Source: Tubulanus polymorphus (Eukaryota > Animalia > Nemertea). From it: 64,000 bases of DNA. Location of the stretch: assembly GCF_964204645.1 (NCBI RefSeq), contig NC_134030.1, positions 13,448,656 to 13,512,655 of the forward strand, read 5' to 3'. The position numbers were made by a program, and so were the translations under genes. Below the pieces are notes generated by a model, which did no database searches, had not been told where the DNA came from, and saw only the letters and a program-made list of their open reading frames with translations. Every line of letters begins with the position of its first letter. Within the stretch, counting starts at the first letter, position 1. Shown piece after piece: positions 53,571 through 63,391 of this stretch.

Positions 53571-55376
53571 TTAGTAAAATTTTTCTACAAGGGGGGCCCT
53601 TAGAGCTGAATACTTTGGGCACTCCATCACAAAATGTACCTCAGTTTCTACTGTATCACATAGGGAACACTTCCTGTCTACACGTGGGATGTTAAAATGT
53701 CTCCCCCTTTCTATCATTAGTGGGTGGGCACTTAGCCTGAGACGTGTAAGGGCCATTCTATAGTTCCTGTGCATGTCGAGTAGTAGGTATGGTTCCATTT
53801 GGAATCCTGTTTTTACCAATCTAAACAACTCTAATTTGTTTGAATTTCCTATCAGATGATTCCAGTATATTTTAAACCTCTCCTGCATTATGTGCCTTAA
53901 CCTTATTATTGTTGATTTAGAGATGTCAGAGTTTTCTATGTACAACGATTCATGGCTAATATATGAGAGTAGAATATATATAAAGTGATTCCATTCTACT
54001 TGTTTCCATGGCAGTTCCTTAACACTTTCGTAAATTGCATTTACTAAAGTACCATTTGAGCCCTTCATATGTTGCCAGAAATTGATAATTCTAATATAGG
54101 CTTCGATGTAAAGCGGGTACTTCCCCATTTCCCCTAAAACTGCCATATTAGTGGCTTTCCTATTTACCCCTAAAATGAATTTACAAAACTTGGTAAGCAA
54201 TTTGTGAATATGTGTTTCTTTCATGAGGGTTGATTCTAGGCAGAACTGGTTGTTTTTCGCTATTCTTTTGGCAAGTGTTGTAGAGGGCAGCCATATCTCG
54301 CAACCGTATAATAAGATTGGGCTGACAAGAGTGTCAAATAGGTATAATGCCGTGTTTGGCTTACAGTTTTGTACCCCGATCATTTTCTGGATTGACAACA
54401 TTGCCCTGTTGGCAGATGCAAAAAGGTTCTCTTTGGCTTTCTGGAATTTACCATTCAATGAAAATATAAGGCCAAGGTATTTGTATTCTTTGACCAACTC
54501 GAGGTATGAGTTTCCAAGTGAAAAGTTCAAATTGATAGGTATATTTCCTTTTTTACTGAACACTACTACTTTGCTCTTATCAGTATTGATTTCAAGTTTC
54601 CATTTTTTACAATATAGATCTAGCCTTTCAAGACATTTCTGGAGTCCTTCTGGGGAGTTGGACACTAGCACGAGGTCATCGGCGTATAAGAGACAGCTAA
54701 GTAAGTTGTCGCCGATTTCTACAGGATCACAGTTAACATCGAAACAATTAACAATATCATTAATATACAGGTTAAAAAGAAGCGGACTTAAAATGTTTCC
54801 CTGCTGTACACCTATTGAAGACTTATATACATCTGACATCTGATACTCATTCACCTTGAGACACCAAGTCATTCTATTGTACACGCTTTGTAAAATAGTC
54901 ATGATGTGTTTTCCAAGTTCATAATTCTTTAATTTATGTATAAGACCAGCATGCCACACTGAATCGAAGGCTTTACGAAGATCGATGAAGCAGGTGTATA
55001 AGTCTTTAAATGATGCCAGTTTTTTATCGATCATTTGCTTCAGTACGTACATGTGGTCAGTAGTTCTGGAGCCTGGCATGAAACCTATTTGGTTTTTTTC
55101 AATTAGATTATGTTTTTTGACAAAATTTTTCAATCTATTGTTTATGACTAGTGAGAACAAGTTGCCTAGGCAGTTATTCAGTGTTATCCCCCTGAAATTA
55201 TCGGGGTCATTTCTATCTCCCTTCTTGTGTATTGGTACGATAAGACCGTTCGCCCATTGTTTTGGAAAAACGCCGCTTGTGTACACTAAGTTGAAGAGCT
55301 TCGTAATGGGCCTTAATATTGTTTCTCTACCATATTTGAGTAGCTCGTTTGTTATTCCATCCAAACCAGGGGCCTT
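53571..55376 (-). pseudogene. LINE ORF2 reverse transcriptase and C-terminal Cys/His domain
   Basis: KAPGLDG, NFRGITL, FIDLRKAFDSV, GVQQGNILSPLLFNLYI, LLYADDL, YKYLG, CSLCDTVETEVHFVMEC. Confidence 0.95.
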
Positions 55377-56355
55377 AATTATCGAAATAGTCTAGCACCT
55401 TGACCTCACTTCTGAGATTTCTAAATTGTTTGTTGTTCAAAGTGTTTAGCTTGTGGTCAGAAGTAAGACCCCCATTAACAGCGTTACGTGTATCATCAGT
55501 TTCTATGCGTATGCCATATCCAATTGGGCAATGATCGGACAATTCTGAGAGGACGTTATGTACATGAAAATATTCAACCCGATTATTGAGTTCCTCATTT
55601 ACAATACTAAGGTCTACTACGCTGCTTCCGTTCCACTGGTGACAGGTGAACTCACCAAAATAATCACCACTTGTTCTACCATTAAGTATAACCATATTAT
55701 TTGATTTACATAAGTCAATAACCTGCCTCCCTGCTGTATTACAAACCATATCCTTGCTTTTTCTTTGGGGGATAGCTAACTCGTGTAGGGTGGGTACTCC
55801 CTCTCCAAGTTGTGGTATAAATGCAATATCATGAGGGTCAATCCCGGGAGAAACATCGAGTAATTTACTAGTTCGGGCATTTAGATCGCCCATAATGACT
55901 ATGTCCCCGAGTGACAGATATTTAGTACAACCATTTTCTAGTAATTGAAATGTTTCATCTGAGTTTTTTGAGCCAAATGATGAGTTTTTTGGGCTTAGAT
56001 AGCTTGCACCAAGAAAAATTGGCTTCTTGTTCGGTGAATTAGATGTGATTTTAAGCCAGATTAACTCGGATGTGGCAATTTCAATTACTTTGACATTACA
56101 TATGTTTGAGACGCTGGTCTTACACAGTATAACAATTCCCCCAAAATTTCGTTTAGCATTTTTGCTGATCGCTCTAGTAACATGAGTTGTGGAGTAACCA
56201 GGAACATGGATATTGTATTCATCAGATGTGTGAGTTTCGAGAAGACATACTATATCATAGCGATTTATGATAGAAACGAAGAGCTCGTCTTGTAACTTGT
56301 TGACGTGCTTCGAGAATAGACTGTTAATGTTCCAGCAGCATATGTTCAGAGTCAT
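55375..56355 (-). pseudogene. LINE ORF2 APE endonuclease part
   Basis: CWNINSL, CLLETH, MGDLNART, SVVDL, SDHCPI; out of frame with the RT part and the linker looks shortened. Confidence 0.9.
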
Positions 56356-56362
56356 TGCCAGT

Positions 56363-56992
56363 TTAGTATTTTCTATTTCTGGTGAAGAGGTTTAGCGCAC
56401 GGCGGACTGAGGTACACAGGTTTCTCGCAAATTGTCTTAAGCCACTTGAATAATCGATGTGGACGTGGTCCCTAAAAAATCTGCGGTTGTCGTGGCGACA
56501 GATTGTTACATTATTGTCCGATGCGGCAAGAGATTCTATGGTCGCGTTAAGGAGTCTGCTCTGCGCAGCCCAGATGCAATCGTCGAATCGCGGTGGTACC
56601 TGCGAGATGACCAGTTGCGCATTCGGATAAGTCGATTTGGCGGTATTCACTAATTCTATCATTCTGTTGACGCACATTTCCGCATTGCCTAAGTTCTTGA
56701 TATCGTTCGTTCCAACGTGAAGTATAACACACGAGGGTTGACGGTGATCATTATTTCTCACGCAATTTATAGCCTCGGTAATCGTAAAGGCCGTGATCTT
56801 TGACGCATAGCAAGAGTCAGCCACAAACTTATCGCAATCCAGCGCTCGGGTGTTCGAATCCCCGATGATCAGAACCTCTCCCGTCTTTTTTCGGTTGGAT
56901 ACGCCGGGATATGATCTGACACTGTTGCTTACATGGTAGTAATTAGAAAAGTAGGCTTTCAGATCAGAGGGCGAGAGGGCGAGACACCCCAC
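56363..56992 (-). CDS. LINE ORF1 C-terminal SGNH/GDSL esterase domain (partial)
   Basis: IIGDSN (block I), LHVGTNDI (block III), RDHVH (block V). Confidence 0.85.
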   Translation of the reverse strand: MGCLALSPSDLKAYFSNYYHVSNSVRSYPGVSNRKKTGEVLIIGDSNTRALDCDKFVADSCYASKITAFTITEAINCVRNNDHRQPSCVILHVGTNDIKNLGNAEMCVNRMIELVNTAKSTYPNAQLVISQVPPRFDDCIWAAQSRLLNATIESLAASDNNVTICRHDNRRFFRDHVHIDYSSGLRQFARNLCTSVRRALNLFTRNRKY

Positions 56993-57005
56993 TCGTCACC
57001 ACAAG

Positions 57006-57027
57006 AAATTTTTTTCCCTTATAAATG
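57006..57027 (+). promoter_or_regulatory. Candidate viral promoter/initiator motif ending in TAAATG
   Basis: AAATTTTTTTCCCTTATAAATG; near-identical AAATTTTTCCTTAATAAATG at 63321-63340 (-); related AATTTTTTTATGTTATAAATAATG at 63371-63394. Confidence 0.5.
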
Positions 57028-60000
57028 GGGGAGAATGAACACCAACCAGAAAACAATAATGTCATTAAAAATCAATATTATTGTCAATATTGTAAAAAAT
57101 ACATCGATACATCTCATAAAACACGACATGAAAAAACTGCAAATCATATAAAAAATGTAATAGATTTTGAAACTCCAGAAAATTCTAATGAAAGAAAAGA
57201 AAGATTAGAAAATATGAATGTGGATGAAATAAAATGCGAAGTTTGTAATGAATTTATAGTAAAAAGGAATTATAATAGACATCTCGAATCACAAAAACAC
57301 CACCAAAATTTGAGTAATAATGTTTTAGGAAAAGATTATTTTGACGATAAACCTCAAAAAGTAAAAAAACCAAATTCAAAAACTAAATCCATTTCAAATA
57401 AACCTTACATGGAAAATGTTAGAAATTATATTGATTCACTAGAAATAAAAGATACAATTGAAATTTTAGAAACATTACATAGTAAAATTGGTCCTGCAGC
57501 TATTATATTTAGATTTTTTAAAGGTACAACAATAGAAGATTATAGTAAATTTAATGAAATAATAGAAAAAATACTAGATTTGATAACAGATGTTGAATAT
57601 CCAAAAATTAGTATCTCTGGGAAAGTAAGTTTTATAAAGTCAGAAGAAAAAATGGATTATAATATTCAAACACTCTCTGAAGAAATAATTTCAAAAACAC
57701 AAATAAAAGAGAAGTTAGAAAAAATATTTAATGAATTTAAACGTCATATTGAAGAAAGATATTTTGAGGGTTCTGGCTTAACATTGAATGAAATAATATA
57801 TTTAGATTTAAATGTTTATAATACAAAAAGAAATAAAACATCAAAAAGTAATAAAATGTTTAAAAATGATTCAAACTTTACAACAGAAAAGGATATTAAA
57901 GCATCATCTTATATTAAATTACCATTTATAACAAAAGCAGTAATAAATATTCAAAATGAAGATAATAAATGTTTTCTATGGTCAATTATTTGTTGCTTAC
58001 ATCCAACACAGGAAAATGTTTGTAGAATAACAGATTATCGGAAATATGAAACATTATATAAAATTGATCAATATCCAGTAACTATAAAAATGATTCCTAA
58101 AATAGAAAAAGTTAATAATTTAAAAATAAATGTATTCGAATTAATGCAATTACCAAAGACAAAAGGTGAAAATATTAAAGATTATACATTGGAAGCTTTA
58201 TATTTAACAGAATATTATGATGATGAAAATGCTATAGATTTGTTATATTACAAAAAAGATGAAAATGAACATTATATGTGGTTAAAACAAATTGATTTAT
58301 TCTTTAGAACAGAAAGTGATCATCATAATAAAATTTATCTATGTAGAAAATGTTTATCTAAATTTATGACTGAGAATACATTATTAAAACATAAAGAATT
58401 ATGTGATAATAAAGATTTTTGTAAATTAATAATGCCAACAGAAAAAGATTATAAATTGAAATTTACTAATCATAAATTTAAAAATATTGTTCCATTTGTA
58501 ATTTATGGGGATTTTGAATCGTTGAATAAAGAATTAACTGATCAAGATAGAAAAGAAATATATAACAAAAAACAATTATTAAAATCAATGGATAAAGGAA
58601 ATGAATTAAATGAAGACACAATACAAGACCCACCAATTATAAATACAATTAAAAAAGTTCATCAAAGAGCTGCTGTTTATGGAATTTATATAAAATCAAA
58701 TTATCCCGAATTATATGAAAGTCAATATATTTCTTTTAGAGGTGAAAATGTAGTTAATGATTTTTGTGATAAAATGATTGAATTAGAAAGTGATTTTGCA
58801 AAATTATTAAACAAAAATAAAAGAATAGTTATGACAAAAGAAGATGAAATTGATTTTAATTATGCAACTCATTGTTGTTACTGTGAAAAACGTTTTTATT
58901 CATTTGATAAAAAAGTTAGAGATCATAATCATTTAAATTCAAAATATCGTGGAGCTGCTCATGAAGATTGTAATTTACAAGCTAAGAAAGTTAATTTCGT
59001 ACCAATATTATTTCATAATTTATCAGGATATGATACCCATCTATTTATAAAACAATTATCAAAGAAATTGGGTGCAATTAATCAAGAAATAGAAGAATAT
59101 AATGTTATAAATGGTATAAATGTAAGAAAATATGATTTTAAACTATTAGCTAAAACATCTGAAAATTATATTTCATTTCAATTTGGTTGCATTAGATTTT
59201 TAGATTCTTATAGATTTCTAGCAAGTTCATTAGATAATTTATCAAAAAGTTTAGTTGATAATGATTTTGTTATAACTCGATATTATTATCCAAATGAACA
59301 AGATTTTAAATTATTGAGATGTAAAGGCGCAATTCCTTATTCATTTTATAAAACACATGATGATTTTAATGTAACAGAATTATTAAAAGATCAATTTTAT
59401 GATCAATTAAAAAATGATTACGTGAAAGATGAAGTGTTTAATAGAACATTAAATATTTGGAACCATTTTAAGATGAAAAATCATGGCGAATTAGTTGATT
59501 TATATTTAAAATCAGATGTTTGATATTGGCTGACATATTTGAAAAATTTAGAGAAATTAATTTGAATCATTTTAATGTTGATCCTTGTTAATGCTACTCT
59601 AGTCCTGGTTTAACCTGGCAATGTGGTTTAAAATATACAAATGTAGAATTAGATTTATTAAAAGAACCAGATATGGTTTTATTATTTGAAAAATCAATTA
59701 GAGGTGGAATTAGTGGTGTTATGGGAGATAGGTATTTTAAAGCAAATGATGAATATAAATTATTATATATTGACGCCAATAATTTATATGGTTGGGCAAT
59801 GATGCAACCTCAACCACATAAAAATTTTATATTAACAGAAGTTGAAAATGGTGATAAAACTGATTGGGAAAACGCAATTGCGAGTTTAAAAGATGAAGCA
59901 CCAATTGGTTATTTCTTTGTAGTTGATTTAGAATATCCTGAAAATATAATGTTTAAAACAAGAAACTTACCTTATTGCCCAGAACATTTAACTGTAGATG

Positions 60001-62031
60001 ATAGTTATTTAAGTGAATACCAAAAGAAAATAAAACCGAAAGATCATGTTTTTACAGAAAAATTAATACTTACTCAAAATAATAAATACAATTATATTGT
60101 TCATTATAGAATGTTAAAATTTTATCTAAAACAAGGAATGAAATTAAAGAAAGTACATAGATATATTGAATTTAATCAATCGAAGTGGTTAGAAAAATAT
60201 ATAGATTTCAATACTCAACAGAGAACCATATCAAAAACAGATTTTGAAAAAGATTTTTTCAAATTGATGAACAATAGTTTTTATGGAAAAACATGTGAAA
60301 ATATTAGAAATAGAAATGATATTGAATTAGTAAATAATTCTGAAAGATTAAGACATTTACAATCAAGTCCTAGACATTTAGGAAATAAAAGGTTTGAAGA
60401 TTATTTAACCGCGGTAAAATTAAAAAGAACGTCCATGAAATTTAATAAACCAATATTTATAGGTTCAACTGTTTTAGAAATATCAAAATTATTAATGTAT
60501 GATTTTTATTATAATGTTTTGCAACCACTTTTTGGGGAAAAGCATATTGAAATATTATATTTTGATTCTGTAACAGCTGACACCCCAATATTATTAAAAT
60601 GTAATAATAAAATATTGGTAAGAAGAATTTCAGAAATAATTCCAAAACAAAATGAATGTTATATTTGATGGATGGAAAAAATTAAAGAATATTATTAGAC
60701 ATAAAACAAATAAGAAAATCTATAGAGTTAGAACTAAATTAGGATTTGTAGATGTTACAGAAGATCATAGTTTAATTAAACGAAATGGTGATGAAATAAA
60801 ACCAACTGATATAAAAATTGGAGATGAATTATTACATAAAAGATTTTTCCAAAGAATGAATCATATGTCATTTGATGAAATAATTGATAATATTTATAAT
60901 ATAGAACCCGAAACATTGGAAGAAAAAGAATATTTTATCAAAGGATTTTTCATGGGTGATGGTTCAGCAGGTGTGTATAATTATGTTTGGGGTAATAAAT
61001 ATTGTTGGTATTTATGCAATCAAGACTTAAAATTATTAGAAAGAATTAAGAAATTCTGTGAAGAAGTTTATTCATATAAAACATTTAGAATCATGGATCA
61101 TATGAAATCATCCGCGGTTTATAGAATATTTGTAAATAATCCTAAAGATTTTGCTACAAAATATAATGATGAATTCTATATTCATGCAATAGTGAAAAGT
61201 AATACTTCAACTAAAGACAAGATAGTTCCAGATTATGTATTGAATGCAAAAAATAATTTAAGAAAGTGGTTCTTCATTGGATTCTATGCCGCAGATCGTT
61301 CAAAAAGGTTCCAAAACCGCAAAACAATATCCTTTGCTCAAAAAGGAAAAGTTGCTATATCAGGATTGAATATATTATGCAGTTCATTAGGATTTAATAT
61401 GAATATAGAATTAATCAAATCTAAACCAAATTGTTTTAATTTAAGGCATGTAGAAAAAGAATTAACAGAAGAAGTTAAAGATTTATTTGAAATATATAAC
61501 CCAACTGACTATGTTTATGATTTATCAACAGATGACGGAACATTCAATTCTGGGTTCCCATTAATCCAAAAAAATACCGACAGTTACATACTAAAAATCA
61601 AGACAAATGATATAACAAAAGACTTAAAAACATTAAAACATTATTTTGATTTTAGCAATTATCCCAAAGATCATGAACTATTTAGCAATGATAATAAAAA
61701 GATTCCTGGTAAGTTTAAAGATGAATTAGGAGGTGATGAAATGATTGAATTTGTTGGGATAAGAAGTAAAATGTATAGTTACAGAACAAAAGATCATGAA
61801 GCTAAAAAGTTAAAAGGAATAACAAAACATGTGGTTGATAAACATATAGAATTTCAAGATTATATAAAGTGTTTATATAACTCAATTGTAATGAAACACA
61901 AAATGAATTGTTTAAGATCAGAAGATCACGAGATGTACATTGATGAAGTTGAAAAAACTAGTTTAAATCCATTTGATGATAAAAGGCATATTTCAGATGA
62001 TGGTATAAAAACATTACCTTATGGCTATTAA
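57025..62031 (+). pseudogene. polB: Protein-primed family B DNA polymerase (Polinton/adintovirus type) containing an intein; 3 lesions
   Basis: N-terminal C2H2 fingers; NEDNKCFLWSI; ExoI YGDFES; CCYC..VRDHNH..YRGAAHEDCN insert; ExoII FHNLSGYD; IRGGIS; motif A YIDANNLYGWAM; motif B KLMNNSFYGKT; motif C YFD/[intein]/TDS; RSKMYSY; DDKR..TLPYGY. Frameshift ~59521, stop 59589-59591, frameshift ~60655. Confidence 0.95.
60567..61575 (+). mobile_element. Intein with a LAGLIDADG homing endonuclease in PolB motif C
   Basis: Block A SVTADTPILL directly after YFD; block B VDVTEDHSL; LAGLIDADG motifs FIKGFFMGDGS and FFIGFYAADRS; blocks F/G YVYDLSTDDGTFNSGFPLIQKN followed by +1 Thr (TDS). Confidence 0.95.
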
Positions 62032-62801
62032 AACATAAAATCAATATCATCAAACTCGAAATCACTATTGTCTTCTTCATTTTCATATAATTGTTTAGGT
62101 TCTTCTTCTATTCCATTTTTTTCATTTAAATAAAGTTCTATCTTGTTCCACATTTCATCTCGCTCTCTTTGTTTCTTTTTGTTTGTTAATTCATCAAATA
62201 GAATTATAATATCAAGGTTTAAATAATTTACAATCTTATTTAAAAAGAATTCATAATTTATTGAATCTGTTATTCTATTTTCTAAATGATACATTAATAT
62301 TTGTTTGAATATTTTTTTTATATTTTCTATATCTTTTTCTGTTAATTTAGGTTTTTCATAATAATCGTTAAATAATAAATATAAATACATTTTCTTTTGT
62401 TTTGTGTTAAATGTTGATGGAATAATTGTTTTTATAATATCTTTTTTAGTTATTTCACCATTTTCATTTTCTATTATTTTCATTTCTTCAAGCCATTGCA
62501 TATATTCTGGTGTATGATCTTCTATAGAAAATGTTTTAAAAATTTCATCAAGATAATTTAATTTTGGATCTATGAGAAAATCTCTAGTTTTTTCTTCACC
62601 CCATAAATTCCTTTGCCATCCACAATCAACACAAAATAACACAGGACCTTCTTGTCTTAAGGTCGTATAATAACATTGTGGGCATTTTTGTTTATAAATT
62701 ATTGGTAATAGATCTTCATTAAGCTCTTGGTATTTTCTTACGTTTTCTTTATGTTTTATTGTTCTATTATGTAGATTTGAATTACTTGATGTAATAATCA
62801 A
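62028..62801 (-). CDS. Poxvirus VLTF3 (A2)-like late transcription factor
   Basis: Zn ribbon CPQC-x13-CVDCG; C-terminal SINYEFFLNKIVNYL...KQRERDEMWNKIELYL resembles the VLTF3 C-terminal signature. Start codon uncertain (TTG). Confidence 0.6.
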   Translation of the reverse strand: MIITSSNSNLHNRTIKHKENVRKYQELNEDLLPIIYKQKCPQCYYTTLRQEGPVLFCVDCGWQRNLWGEEKTRDFLIDPKLNYLDEIFKTFSIEDHTPEYMQWLEEMKIIENENGEITKKDIIKTIIPSTFNTKQKKMYLYLLFNDYYEKPKLTEKDIENIKKIFKQILMYHLENRITDSINYEFFLNKIVNYLNLDIIILFDELTNKKKQRERDEMWNKIELYLNEKNGIEEEPKQLYENEEDNSDFEFDDIDFMF

Positions 62802-62833
62802 TTTACAATATTTACAATAATATGTTTTTCTTG

Positions 62834-63323
62834 TTAATTCATTATATTGTTTTCTAACTTTTCAACTGTTTCTTCATTATCTGGTAACGTTTTTTCATAT
62901 TTTATTTTTTCTAATATATTATTTTTTCTTTCATTGAATTCAGTTTCAAATTTATTAGAAATTTTATCTATATGTACTTTACGAAATTGATGATTCTCCC
63001 AATCTTCTATATTTTCGGGGTTATATTTTATTTGACAAGGCTCACAGAAATGATCTTTTATTTTATCCTTATCATAGAATAAGAAAGGTCTTTTCCAAAT
63101 AATTTCAGGTTCAACTTCAACAGAATTATTATCAACATTAGCCATTGCACCATTAATTCTACACTTCTCTGAATGTTTTTTAACATAATTTCTTGAGAAT
63201 AATTTATTACAATTTGGGCAGTTTAGTTTAGGGGGTTTATAATTTTCTTCATGTTTTTTCATATGTCGAGCCATATTACTTTTACTTCGAAGTTCACCAC
63301 AAATTTCACATGCTATCTTCCAT
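62834..63323 (-). CDS. Small multi-zinc-finger (C2H2-like) viral protein, probable frameshift right after the ATG
   Basis: CEICGELRSKSNMARHMKKH, CPNCNKLFSRNYVKKHSEKC, CEPC..HQFRKVH; TAAATG at 63321-63326 (-). Confidence 0.65.
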
Positions 63324-63391
63324 TTATTAAGGAAAAATTTTATTAAAATTAATTTTTAGTGATGAGCGGTAATTTTTTTATGTTATAAATA

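Larger units (their letters stand above)
53308..57000 (-). mobile_element. LINE retrotransposon, RTE-X-like (CR1/L2 group not excluded), 5'-truncated
   Basis: ORF1 esterase followed by APE endonuclease and RT; on the - strand the 3' end reads AATAAACATTAA(TTGAA)n. Confidence 0.85.

Noticed and set aside
54223-55395. Plus-strand ORFs of 206 aa and 136 aa
   Set aside because: They are antisense shadows of the LINE RT frame with no recognisable motifs.
60567-61575. Hedgehog/Hint domain or group I intron
   Set aside because: The insert lies in the polymerase active-site motif, has both splice-junction residues (Ser1, Asn/Thr+1) and an internal LAGLIDADG pair; that is a canonical intein.
57025-62031. 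Giant-virus (NCLDV) or bacterial contaminant polymerase
   Set aside because: The extein has protein-primed signatures (IRGG before motif A, DANNLYGWAM, KLMNNSFYGK, C-terminal DDKR..TLPYG) and sits next to a penton-like gene. Physical linkage to the host still needs read support.
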